Of a stretch of 64,000 nt of DNA, positions 49,666 through 59,315 are shown piece after piece. Made by a program: the position numbers and the translations under genes. The DNA comes from an uncultured virus (IMG/VR IMGVR_UViG_3300010340_000980) (Duplodnaviria > Heunggongvirae > Uroviricota > Caudoviricetes), in the IMG/VR virus record IMGVR_UViG_3300010340_000980; one strand, 5' to 3'. A model generated the notes under the pieces. It was not told the DNA's origin and did no database searches. It was given only the letters and a program-made list of their open reading frames with translations. Position 1 is the first letter of the stretch; each line of letters opens with the position of its first letter.

Positions 49666-50228
49666 TTATCTTTGAGGGATTATCTTTAAATATCTTATAT
49701 TTAAAGTATAAGATGATATTAGAGACCAAAGAAATTTTGACATCTGAGATATATAAGAGTATTCCTTTAGAGGATTTGATCCTATTAAAAGAGAAAGCAT
49801 AGTTTTTTCATCCTCTGTTATAGTACCTTCTCCCATTTTTTCAAATAGATTGTCAATGGTCTCCCTTCTATTAGTATTAGATTGATTGCTTTTTATCAAC
49901 TCTAAGAATTTCTGAAATCTGTTGTAAAGTCTATTATTCTCATCTGGTTTATTTAAGAAATCGTAACTTTCCCACCCTTCTTGCAAATATTCCAATATCT
50001 CAGTTCTAAAGTAGGTTTTTCCTAATTTCTCATATATCTCCCCATTTTTAATTTCCTTTGGGATATATCTAGTATCGCCAATATTTTTAAGAACTTCATC
50101 TATACCTATACCAAAGTAGTCTTCTATCATCTGGACATTTCTATCCCGTTTGATATTGGTAATATATCCATAATCATCATACTCACCATGTATTGGAAAT
50201 CCAAATGGTGAGAAGAATGTTTGACAAC
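49666..50228 (-). pseudogene. 5'-truncated hypothetical phage gene
   Basis: Open frame (FSPFGFPIHGEYDDYG...) abuts the divergent helicase fragment with no plausible start or promoter. Confidence 0.5.
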
Positions 50229-53009
50229 GAAGTTCATTATGGTGTTGAAACTGAAAAAACACAGGATTTCTTAAACAAGATTAAATATACAAGAATGTTA
50301 GGTTTGTCAGCAACTCCAACAAGAAATTTACTATGTGGTAGATTTTCTAAGGAACAAATTCATAACTATACCTTAGTTGAGGAAGTCAAATTGAAAAAAC
50401 AATACCCAGATTTATATCCATATGCTGATATTAACTTCCTTATTTGGAACTTATCTGGTAGTGAGAAATCGGAATTGAAATATTTTTCTGATGAAGAACA
50501 ATTTAAGTTTGATAAGTTTTTTAGAATTGAAGGTGATGAATTTTATTACAAGTCTGATATTATCTATCTTTTTAAGAAATTATCTGGTGATAGAGATATA
50601 TGTCGTAGAGATAAATTAGGAACTTCTTATCCATTTAAAAACAATGGTGAATTTTCTGTTGTAAAATCTATATTATTATTCCTTCCAAATATTGCTGTTC
50701 AATATAAATTGAAATCATTATTGGAAGAATTGGAATCTTATGATGATTTTAATATTCATATTACAAATAGCAATGAATATTCATCTAATCAATTAATTAA
50801 AAGAATTAGAAGAGAATTTAAGTCAGGTGATAAGAGAAGTTTAATTTTAGCAGTTGATCAATTAACAACTGGAATTACATTAGATGATTGTGATATGGTC
50901 GTTTTAATGAATGATTGGAGGTCAGTTGATAAATATGTTCAAGCATCATTTAGATGCCAATCTCCAAGAGAAGGTAAAGAAAATTGTTGGGTATTGGATT
51001 TCAATGCTGCTCGTTCATTTGAATTGATGTGGGAATATCAAAACATTATCTCAAAAAATAATGGAAAAGGAATTGCTGAAAATATCAAAGAATGGGTTGA
51101 GTGTGTAAATATCTTCAATAGAATTGAAGGTGAAATGATTAAAGTTGATTTTGATGGATTCAATAATGAATATAATAAGTCTGTTTTAGAAAGACCGAGA
51201 TTTAATTATCAATCTGTTATTTTACAAGATAAGTTGGGACATGATAATATCAGTAAGGCTTTAATGGCAATTGGTATTAAGGGTGGTTCATCATCTTCTG
51301 ATGAAGATTTGAATGATGATGGTATTGATAAGGGCAAGAGTAAAAAAGGTGGAAATGTTGGTGGTAAGAAGGGAGAAAAGAAAGAGGAAATAAGTCAAGT
51401 TAAATTAATGGAGATTGCTAAGGCATTAGTCGATAAAACTATGTTGTTGAGTATTTTTACTTACTTCAAACATGATAATGTAGATGATTGTTTTAAGTCA
51501 TTAGAAGAAGATAATACAATCGTTAAAGGTATTGGTGATTTGGAAAGAAAGATGTATTTGGAGACATTATTATTAGGAATGAATGACGTTGATAAGGTAG
51601 ATTTGAGTGTTATCAAGTTTATTTATGATAATATATTTGACAAAGAGATAGTCAATAAGAAGATATATTTATTCAACCAAAACGTAAATTTAATATATAA
51701 TAGTATCGGGGAAAATCCTGGTATTATTAGTGATATGTTAGGAAATTTAATGGAATTGGTGGATAGTTATTTGAAGCCTTCAAATACGGAGAAGAAAATG
51801 CTTGGTGAAGTTTTCACAAGTTTAGAATTGGTTGAAGAAATGCTGGATAAACTTCCAGTTGAAGTTTGGTCTAATCCTGAATTGAAATTTTTAGATCCGG
51901 CAAATGGGATCGGAAATTTTCCGGTTATTCTTGTTAAGAAATTAATGGAAGGGTTAAAGGATTGGCAACCTGATTCGGAATTGAGATTAAAACACATCTT
52001 AGAGAATCAAATTTATGTTTGTGAATTACAATCTAAGAATATGTTTATTTACTTACAATTATTTGATTCGGAAAATAAGTATAAGTTGAATTTTCATAGA
52101 GGATCTTTCTTAGATGAAAATTTCAAGTATGTTATGAAGGAATGGGGAGTTGATAAATTTGACGTTGTTGTTGGGAACCCTCCTTATAATAATGATCAAA
52201 AAGCAGAAGGTAAGAGAGGCGGAGGTTCCACTTTATGGGATAAATTTGTTATAAAAGTTTTAAATTCTTTTTTAAAGGAAAATGGATATTTAGTTTTTGT
52301 TCATCCTACTCTTTGGAGAAAACCTCAATCAGATAGAAGCACTTCAAAGGAAGTTAGTGAATTAATGATGAAAAAACAAATTCATTATTTAGAGTGTCAT
52401 GATTCAAATGATGGAATGAAAGTTTTCAACGCTGGAACAAGGTATGATTTTTACGTTTTGGAAAATTGTCCGATATATAAAGAGACATTAATAAATGGTG
52501 AAGATAGAAAGGATGTTTTAGTCAATCTTAAAAATTATGATTTCATTCCAAATTATAATTTAGAACTTTTTGATAGAATAATAGCAAAAGAAGGTGAGGA
52601 TAAATGTCCTATACTTTTTAATGTTTCAAATTATGAAACTAGAAAATCATGGGTATCTGATGATAAAAATGATGAATATAAATATACTCTAATACATTCT
52701 ACTCCAAAAGGAGGAACAAGATATAAATATTCTTCAAGAAATGATAATGGTCATTTTGGTATATCAAAAGTTATATTTGGTGATAGTGGAATAGGTGATG
52801 CCATAATTGATATGATTGGTGAATATGGAATGACACAGCACTCTATGGGGATTTTAGTATCTTCACTGGAAGAGGCCAACAATATTAAAAAAGCATTATT
52901 GAGTAATGAGTTTAATGAGTTTTTAAAAACCGTAATGTGGTCAAATTTTCAAATTGACTGGAAGTTATTTAGTTATCTAAAAAAAGATTTTTGGAAGGAA
53001 TTCATATGA
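50193..53009 (+). CDS. N-terminally truncated SF2 helicase - N6-adenine methyltransferase (Eco57I-like) restriction-modification fusion
   Basis: EVHYG, GLSATP, LTTGITL, YVQASFRCQS; GEVFT, FLDPANGIGNF, VVGNPPY; no Walker A or nuclease; TTG start. Confidence 0.75.
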   Translation: MEIQMVRRMFDNEVHYGVETEKTQDFLNKIKYTRMLGLSATPTRNLLCGRFSKEQIHNYTLVEEVKLKKQYPDLYPYADINFLIWNLSGSEKSELKYFSDEEQFKFDKFFRIEGDEFYYKSDIIYLFKKLSGDRDICRRDKLGTSYPFKNNGEFSVVKSILLFLPNIAVQYKLKSLLEELESYDDFNIHITNSNEYSSNQLIKRIRREFKSGDKRSLILAVDQLTTGITLDDCDMVVLMNDWRSVDKYVQASFRCQSPREGKENCWVLDFNAARSFELMWEYQNIISKNNGKGIAENIKEWVECVNIFNRIEGEMIKVDFDGFNNEYNKSVLERPRFNYQSVILQDKLGHDNISKALMAIGIKGGSSSSDEDLNDDGIDKGKSKKGGNVGGKKGEKKEEISQVKLMEIAKALVDKTMLLSIFTYFKHDNVDDCFKSLEEDNTIVKGIGDLERKMYLETLLLGMNDVDKVDLSVIKFIYDNIFDKEIVNKKIYLFNQNVNLIYNSIGENPGIISDMLGNLMELVDSYLKPSNTEKKMLGEVFTSLELVEEMLDKLPVEVWSNPELKFLDPANGIGNFPVILVKKLMEGLKDWQPDSELRLKHILENQIYVCELQSKNMFIYLQLFDSENKYKLNFHRGSFLDENFKYVMKEWGVDKFDVVVGNPPYNNDQKAEGKRGGGSTLWDKFVIKVLNSFLKENGYLVFVHPTLWRKPQSDRSTSKEVSELMMKKQIHYLECHDSNDGMKVFNAGTRYDFYVLENCPIYKETLINGEDRKDVLVNLKNYDFIPNYNLELFDRIIAKEGEDKCPILFNVSNYETRKSWVSDDKNDEYKYTLIHSTPKGGTRYKYSSRNDNGHFGISKVIFGDSGIGDAIIDMIGEYGMTQHSMGILVSSLEEANNIKKALLSNEFNEFLKTVMWSNFQIDWKLFSYLKKDFWKEFI

Positions 53010-53110
53010 AATGTATAATTGATAATTGTGATAAGAAATGTATGTATGTAGATTAATGAAAAAGTATAAACTTTCCAAGAAAAATAAGATATAAAAAGAA
53101 AAAAGATAAT

Positions 53111-53350
53111 ATGAAAAAAATAACACATAAAAGAGAGGTAAAAGGGCGAATAACTCACATTAAAGTAGATGGATTGGAAAAGACAAAACAAGAGGTATTA
53201 AATGATATTCCAAACAATGATTACTACACATATCCAGATGGATTAACAGGAAGACAAGGATCAAAAGTGCATAAAACAAAATCAGGATATATTTCAACTA
53301 ACCCAAATGATGATACAAGGGATAATTTAGACAATCTTCCTAATTTTTAA
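53111..53350 (+). CDS. DUF3892-like small protein
   Basis: ITH...ITHIKV...YISTNPNDDTRDNLDNLP. Confidence 0.65.
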   Translation: MKKITHKREVKGRITHIKVDGLEKTKQEVLNDIPNNDYYTYPDGLTGRQGSKVHKTKSGYISTNPNDDTRDNLDNLPNF

Positions 53351-53477
53351 AAAATAATCCTATGAAGTGGATATCCAACAATACTCCGGTAAGAATATTA
53401 CCAAATAATTAAACAAAAGTTAGAATCTAACGACTATACAAAAACTAATCCAAGAGATATAAATCCTCATTTAGAAG
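53351..53477 (+). repeat. degenerate copy of 54443-54585 (gene remnant)
   Basis: About 130-bp direct repeat with a 16-bp deletion. Confidence 0.8.
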
Positions 53478-53499
53478 AAATAAAAATAAATAACTAAAA

Positions 53500-54444
53500 A
53501 TGAAATACATAGTTAGGTATGAAAATTTTAACGAATCAAAAGGTATATCAGATTCTTGTGAGAAAATAACAAATCAAATATGGAATGATATAGAATCTGA
53601 TATTATAGATTCTAATAATATATCAAAAAAATTCACATTTTCAGAAGAAGATTTTAAATTAAAAGATATTCAGATAGACTTTATTTTTAATAAAGGTTTG
53701 GTAAATACTTGTAATGCTATAACCGATTTGAAAAACTCAAAAATAGAAGAAGATTATTTAAAATATACAAAAATATTATTTAATGTAAAATACCATATAA
53801 TAGATGATGCTTTTCTTTATTATATAAAATCAGTTATTTTTCATGAAATTCTTCATGTTTTTCAGAACTACAATTTAAAGATCAATGATAAATTTAGACC
53901 AGAATCTTTTTCAATTGGTAGTATAATACCACAACTTAGAAATAGTATTAAAACTGACTATGTTTCTTATATTCTGGACATATTATATTATTCACTATCT
54001 CATGAATTATCTGCACAATTACATCAATATTATATCTATAAAATAGATGGTAGAGAATATAAACGTTTAGATGAAATAAAGAATTTACTGACTAATTTTA
54101 AGATTAAGAAATTGGATGAACAAGAATCTAAGGAATTGGACTATGTGAAAAATCATATATTAAAATCAATTAAGTATTTTACAAATAATAAAAATTATAA
54201 CAAAGATATAGATTCTTCAATATGGAATAAAAATAATGAGGAATTTCTTAATGGATTATTTAATATAATTAAATATAAATTGAATTGGATAGATAAAAAA
54301 ATTAAACTTATAAATAATAAGAAAAAAATAGATTATAATGAGACATTTACTTATTATGGTGATTTACAAGATTATAAATATTTAAACTTTTCCTTATTTA
54401 TTAACCAAAACTTAAACAATTGTCCAATTATTGACAATATATAA
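53500..54444 (+). CDS. HExxH zincin-like protein (paralog of 54770)
   Basis: NESKGISD, FHEILH, HELSA. Confidence 0.7.
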   Translation: MKYIVRYENFNESKGISDSCEKITNQIWNDIESDIIDSNNISKKFTFSEEDFKLKDIQIDFIFNKGLVNTCNAITDLKNSKIEEDYLKYTKILFNVKYHIIDDAFLYYIKSVIFHEILHVFQNYNLKINDKFRPESFSIGSIIPQLRNSIKTDYVSYILDILYYSLSHELSAQLHQYYIYKIDGREYKRLDEIKNLLTNFKIKKLDEQESKELDYVKNHILKSIKYFTNNKNYNKDIDSSIWNKNNEEFLNGLFNIIKYKLNWIDKKIKLINNKKKIDYNETFTYYGDLQDYKYLNFSLFINQNLNNCPIIDNI

Positions 54445-54459
54445 AAATAATCCTATGAA

Positions 54460-54759
54460 GTGGATATTCAAAAATACTCTGGCAAGAGTCTCACAATAAG
54501 TGAGTATTACCAAATAATTAAACAAAAGTTAGAATCTAACGATTATACAACAACTAATCCAAGAGATATAAATCCCCATTTAGAAGCAATAAACTATCTA
54601 CAATGGGAATTTATGTCAGATAGAAAAGATCCAAGAATAGATAAAGTATTCTCTGATATTTGTATTCCAAATAATATCAATGGAGGAGAACTTGATATTG
54701 ATTTTTCTAAATATTCAGTTGAAGAATTTCTTAGGGAGATAATGAAATTGAAAAATTAA
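54460..54759 (+). CDS. hypothetical protein
   Basis: 99 aa, GTG start. Confidence 0.55.
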   Translation: MDIQKYSGKSLTISEYYQIIKQKLESNDYTTTNPRDINPHLEAINYLQWEFMSDRKDPRIDKVFSDICIPNNINGGELDIDFSKYSVEEFLREIMKLKN

Positions 54760-54769
54760 TATATATTTT

Positions 54770-55627
54770 ATGATAAACGAAGGGAAAGGAATATCAGATA
54801 TTATTAAGGAAGATGTAGATAAAATATATCAACTATTTTTAGATAATTCATTCTCTACTCATACCTATAAATTTGGTAAAGAAAAGTTAGGATTTAGAGA
54901 CCTAAAAATAAATTTTAATCATCTAAACAACTATTATTCTAATATACAGATTGATAAACTAAATAACATAACCGTTAATATTGGAATACCTACCAATGGT
55001 AAGGAAAAGAGAGTTAAAGAAAATATTACTCATGAATTAACTCATGTTATGGAAATACTTGGCATAGGAAATGACAAAGAATATCCTAAATATAATAGAA
55101 TTAAATTAAGTTTAAGAGAGTTTAAAGATTATCCAATGTCAAAAGCAATGGAATTTTTAACCGATGTATTTTATAAAACATTAGATAATGAGGTTAATGC
55201 TAATGTTGCTCAAACTTATATCTATGTTAAAAGTGATGGTAGATGTTCAAAAGAACAGGCCCTAATTAGATTAAAAGAATGGGAGACCTACAGACTATAT
55301 GATAGTATTAAGAACATAAAATTGGATATATTAGAAAATAAACTGACAAGGGATGAAGTAAATAATTTCAATTCTATACTCATTAAAAATTATGTTAGAA
55401 CAATATCATCAGATAACATAATGATTTGGTTAAATTATTGGTTTAAAATATTTAAGAGAAAGGCGGATATTTTTCTAAAAAATTCAGAAAGAATTTTAGA
55501 AGAAATTCAGGAAGATTGGAAAATATATGAACAATATGTTTCATCTATTCCAAAAGATTATGATAAAGTAATAGATTATTCTCCTTATATCAAAAAATTT
55601 GATGATTTTACAGATGAAGAAAATTAA
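54770..55627 (+). CDS. HExxH zincin-like protein (paralog of 53500)
   Basis: NEGKGISD, THELTH, NEVNA. Confidence 0.7.
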   Translation: MINEGKGISDIIKEDVDKIYQLFLDNSFSTHTYKFGKEKLGFRDLKINFNHLNNYYSNIQIDKLNNITVNIGIPTNGKEKRVKENITHELTHVMEILGIGNDKEYPKYNRIKLSLREFKDYPMSKAMEFLTDVFYKTLDNEVNANVAQTYIYVKSDGRCSKEQALIRLKEWETYRLYDSIKNIKLDILENKLTRDEVNNFNSILIKNYVRTISSDNIMIWLNYWFKIFKRKADIFLKNSERILEEIQEDWKIYEQYVSSIPKDYDKVIDYSPYIKKFDDFTDEEN

Positions 55628-55781
55628 AATAGGACTTGATTTAACAAAGGAAACTAAGAAAGTTGATCTTATAGTTCAAGGTGAGACAAATTCTGATATG
55701 GATAAAATAAAGGAATCAGCAAAAAATGTAGGTTTAGATTTAACTAAAAATCAATCCAGTGTCATTGAATATTCAAGATAT

Positions 55782-55994
55782 TTATATAATTGATTTTAAC
55801 ATATCATTGAACTCAATATCAATAACTCCATCCAAATCACTATAAATTTCTCTTAAAACCATCTTTAACCTAACCAATTCATCATCCGAAAACAAACCAT
55901 CATTTAGTTTATTTCCAAAAACAACTTTTGACATACCCATTTTTTGAGCCAATAATGTTTGGTTCAATTTCCATTTTTTAATTACTTCTAACAT
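55782..55994 (-). CDS. small HTH protein downstream of transposase
   Basis: LNQTLLAQKMGMSKVVFGNKLN. Confidence 0.6.
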   Translation of the reverse strand: MLEVIKKWKLNQTLLAQKMGMSKVVFGNKLNDGLFSDDELVRLKMVLREIYSDLDGVIDIEFNDMLKSII

Positions 55995-56922
55995 TTTTTA
56001 ATTCTTTATAGGTTAAACGATTGTTAATATTATTAAGGACATAATCAAATCTATAACTTTCTGAAAATCCACGAGTATTATATCTAAATACAAATTCATC
56101 AACATATCTCTGTAAATGTTTCTTACTCATAGAGTGATAAATTCCCATTATTCCTCTTTTCAAAATTGCCCAAAATCCTTCAATTGTATTGGTATGAATA
56201 TCACCTTTAACATATTCTTTACTATTGTGTTTAACAACATTATGATCAAATATTTTAGATAATCCTTTATATCCCAACCATTCGTCAGTATTTAATGGAT
56301 TTCCAACTTCTAAATTTTCATGTATAAACTTCTTTAAGATTTCACCTGATGTTCCATCTACAACATTTGCTCTTAATTCTCCACCTCTTTGTATAATTCC
56401 AACAACAGGAGTTTTGGTTTTCAAACTTCTACCTTGTGTTCCTTTTGTCTTCTTACTTTGATGTTTATTCTTTTCTTGACCACCAATATAAGTTTCATCT
56501 GCTTCACAAGTTCCTTCTAATTTACCAGTTGGTTGATTATTTAATCCTAAACTATGACGAACTCTATGAAGCATAAACCAAGCAGTTTTTTGTGTAAGTC
56601 CTAAATCTTTGTGTAATTGTAAAGAAGATATACCTTTCTTATGAGAAGTTATAAGATAAATAGCAGCAAACCATTTTTGTAGAGATATTTTACTTCCTTC
56701 AAACATTGTTCCAACTCTTACCGAAAATTGCTTCTTACATTTATCACATTTATAGACTTTACCATTACTATATTTAAAAACTTTATCATGCTTACAATCT
56801 TCATAGGGACAGGTTATATTTCCATTCCATCTAATTTGTTCCAAGTAATCTCTACATACTTGTTCATTATTGAAGTATGTAAAAAGTTGGACTAAATTAT
56901 TGAATTTCTGTAAGATTATCAT
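55978..56922 (-). CDS. IS1595-family (ISXO2-like) DDE transposase
   Basis: Zn ribbon CP..C..CDKC, KGISSLQL, KTAWFMLHR, EADETYIGG, TDEW..Y, HTNTIEGFW, YVDEFVFRYN. Confidence 0.93.
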   Translation of the reverse strand: MIILQKFNNLVQLFTYFNNEQVCRDYLEQIRWNGNITCPYEDCKHDKVFKYSNGKVYKCDKCKKQFSVRVGTMFEGSKISLQKWFAAIYLITSHKKGISSLQLHKDLGLTQKTAWFMLHRVRHSLGLNNQPTGKLEGTCEADETYIGGQEKNKHQSKKTKGTQGRSLKTKTPVVGIIQRGGELRANVVDGTSGEILKKFIHENLEVGNPLNTDEWLGYKGLSKIFDHNVVKHNSKEYVKGDIHTNTIEGFWAILKRGIMGIYHSMSKKHLQRYVDEFVFRYNTRGFSESYRFDYVLNNINNRLTYKELKNVRSN

Positions 56923-57060
56923 ACATATTATATGATAAAATCACGAAAAAGTTTTTACAAATGTAAATAAAATAATTAAACTTTCCTAATTTTATTTATA
57001 TAATTAATAGGAATTAGGTTAAACAAGTATATAGTTCCCATTATTAATATATAACTTTTT

Positions 57061-57336
57061 ATGAAACATATAAGTAAATTTAATGAAAATTTAGAAAATG
57101 AACCATATATTATAATATATTTCAATATTAATTTAAAACAAGATGATAATAATCCGGAAGGTGTATTGAAAGGGGAACCAATTAGAGGTATTAAAAATAT
57201 TAAAAAATGGTTTAAAATTATAAATCATCAAAACATGATTCTAACAATGCAAGCCGGTAAAAATATCTATATACAAAAGTATAATTTTGAAAATACGGAA
57301 GATTTGGATAAATGGTTAGAAAACCATCCAGATTAA
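57061..57336 (+). CDS. hypothetical protein (MKHISKFNEN)
   Basis: 91 aa; AATATATA upstream overlaps the right TSD. Confidence 0.7.
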   Translation: MKHISKFNENLENEPYIIIYFNINLKQDDNNPEGVLKGEPIRGIKNIKKWFKIINHQNMILTMQAGKNIYIQKYNFENTEDLDKWLENHPD

Positions 57337-57366
57337 TATTTCTATAATAAAGAAAAATATCACTTA

Positions 57367-57852
57367 ATGCCTAAAGACGATTTAATGAAAAAATGGGCAC
57401 CTATCATAGATTCTATGGGTGTCACAGGATCAAAAGCAGATTGGTTATCTCAATATGCTCAAATGCACTCAAATAATGAATATATAGAAGAAAATACACT
57501 ATCATCAGATACAACAACTGAGTTTCCAAGTTTATTACCAATGGCTATGAAAGTAGCTTCAAAAACAGTAGGTTTAGACTTAGTACAAGTTAAACCATTA
57601 CCAAGTCCATTTATGACTCAAGAAGAAATTGATCGTATCAATAATGAGGTTAAAAAAGAAAACCGAGATGGTAAAATCGATGCACTTATTGAAGGAAAAG
57701 AATATAAAGAAATGAATCCTGAAGAACATCCGGATTGGAAACCAGGTCCAACTGGACGATTATTTTATATGGACTTTAAATACGAATCACAAAATGAAAA
57801 AGAAGATGAATCACCAATTAAAGGAAGAAGAGGACCAAAAAACAAAAATTGA
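57367..57852 (+). CDS. short protein resembling the N-terminal part of T4 gp23-type major capsid protein
   Basis: LMKKWAPII...LLPMAMKVASKTVGLDLVQVKPL...GPTGRLFYMDFKY. Confidence 0.6.
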   Translation: MPKDDLMKKWAPIIDSMGVTGSKADWLSQYAQMHSNNEYIEENTLSSDTTTEFPSLLPMAMKVASKTVGLDLVQVKPLPSPFMTQEEIDRINNEVKKENRDGKIDALIEGKEYKEMNPEEHPDWKPGPTGRLFYMDFKYESQNEKEDESPIKGRRGPKNKN

Positions 57853-57984
57853 TTTACAAGTTTTCAAACCCCCAGGAATTTATGTAAACGAGCCTTGTAT
57901 ATCTTTTAAATCATCAAATAGTTATAAAATTTATAAAATTGAAAAAATTTTAAATAGAATCATGAGTGTGTAATATATACACTC

Positions 57985-58329
57985 ATGTATAATATTTACC
58001 TAATTTCATCCACAATAGAAGGTGATACTTGTTATAAAATTGGATATACAAAAAGAAATCCTAGTCAAAGAATTAAAGAAATGAAGACTGGAAATGCTTC
58101 TAATTTAGAATTAGTCGAATCATTTCAATCTAAATGGGGAACTCAAATAGAGTCCAAATTACATAGATTTTTTCAAGACAAAAAAATAAGCGGTGAATGG
58201 TTTAGACTCACCGCTTATGATATTTCACAATTTAAAAAATTGTGTGAACAAACACATAATAGTTTTGAACTGTTATCCGAAAACAACACTTGGTTTCAAA
58301 AATCAAAATTGTATAAAAAGTTTAATTGA
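57985..58329 (+). CDS. GIY-YIG (T5orf172/MUG113-like) protein
   Basis: IYLI..YKIGYT..RIKEM.TGN..ESKLH..GEWF. Confidence 0.8.
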   Translation: MYNIYLISSTIEGDTCYKIGYTKRNPSQRIKEMKTGNASNLELVESFQSKWGTQIESKLHRFFQDKKISGEWFRLTAYDISQFKKLCEQTHNSFELLSENNTWFQKSKLYKKFN

Positions 58330-58642
58330 CTTTTACAAATTCAGAACTTTCAATAGCCTTATCAATCCATCGATTCAAAAATGATCCTTTGATCTCATTA
58401 TCAAAAGGAGTAGTTCCTAAATCATCAGATAGTTTAAGACCTTCTTTAATATACTCACTTATTGAATCTTCAAATCCAGTTTGAGAATACATCCTAAAAT
58501 TATCCTCAACAGTTGAAATTGGAAATTGATATAATCCACTTTCCAATTGCACCTGATAGTATAAATTACCAGATATATAATGACTAAATTTAGCCATCAC
58601 TTTACTTTTTAAAAGTTCTTTTTTTACTTCATTTGAATTCAT
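58322..58642 (-). CDS. hypothetical protein
   Basis: 106 aa. Confidence 0.65.
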   Translation of the reverse strand: MNSNEVKKELLKSKVMAKFSHYISGNLYYQVQLESGLYQFPISTVEDNFRMYSQTGFEDSISEYIKEGLKLSDDLGTTPFDNEIKGSFLNRWIDKAIESSEFVKVN

Positions 58643-58644
58643 AT

Positions 58645-58977
58645 TTATATTTTATTTATAGTTGGATATTTAGAATCCAATTCATCAATTACACTGAAAG
58701 GTGATCCACCCACTCCAGAATATTTAATATTTTCAAAACCATTTTCTTCTGTAATCATAGAATCTTTCTCATTGATTGCTCCTGTGAATTTATCAAAACC
58801 TTTCTTGTTTTCGATTTTACCAGTTGACGGATTATAAGAACCCCAATCAGCAGGTCTATCAGGACCAATAGGTTCTATAAAATAAGTTTTACCAGTTCTA
58901 TACGAATTTACAATAAATCTACCCGTTTCATCACGATTAGTTAAAAAATTCTTCCTAAACTCTAACATATTTTTCAT
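58645..58977 (-). CDS. hypothetical protein
   Basis: 110 aa, directly downstream of the tRNA cluster. Confidence 0.7.
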   Translation of the reverse strand: MKNMLEFRKNFLTNRDETGRFIVNSYRTGKTYFIEPIGPDRPADWGSYNPSTGKIENKKGFDKFTGAINEKDSMITEENGFENIKYSGVGGSPFSVIDELDSKYPTINKI

Positions 58978-58998
58978 AATTAATTTTATTTTTTTTAG

Positions 58999-59070
58999 TA
59001 GCGATACCAGGAATCGAACCTGGTCCTCAAGGATATGAGCCGAGTGAGCTTGCCGTTACACCATATCGCC
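58999..59070 (-). tRNA. tRNA-Met (CAT); could be Ile2
   Basis: GGCGATA acceptor, CT-CAT-AT loop, GGTTCGATTCC. Confidence 0.8.
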
Positions 59071-59075
59071 ATTTG

Positions 59076-59156
59076 TGCCAAGAGTGGGACTCGAACCCAC
59101 AAACCTTCAGGAACAGAGGTTTGAGCTCTGCGCGTTTACCATTTCACCATCTTGGC
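59076..59156 (-). tRNA. tRNA-Leu (CAA)
   Basis: cagag-CTCAAAC-ctctg, long variable arm. Confidence 0.88.
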
Positions 59157-59161
59157 ATTTG

Positions 59162-59233
59162 TTCCAATGACCAGAGTTGAACTGGTGTCTCACCGATACC
59201 AACGGTGTGTAATTGCCGTTATACGACATTGGA
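59162..59233 (-). tRNA. tRNA-Thr (GGT)
   Basis: caccg-TTGGTAT-cggtg; atypical TCCAATG acceptor. Confidence 0.75.
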
Positions 59234-59238
59234 ATTTG

Positions 59239-59312
59239 TAGTCCTGACCGGGTTCGAACCGATGACCTCTTGGATGTCGACCAAGCGCTCTAACCATCTG
59301 AGCTACAGGACT
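59239..59312 (-). tRNA. tRNA-Val (GAC)
   Basis: cttgg-TCGACAT-ccaag (C at position 33). Confidence 0.8.
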
Positions 59313-59315
59313 ATT

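Larger units (their letters stand above)
49590..57039 (-). mobile_element. IS1595-family transposon with passenger genes (7450 bp)
   Basis: Perfect 26-bp terminal IRs GGGAACTATATACTTGTTTAACCTAA (49590-49615, 57014-57039); 8-bp direct repeat ATTATTAA (49582-49589, 57040-57047); transposase inside the right end. Confidence 0.9.

Noticed and set aside
53351..54585. Diversity-generating retroelement TR/VR pair
   Set aside because: Differences are not adenine-specific, include a deletion, and no reverse transcriptase is present in the window.
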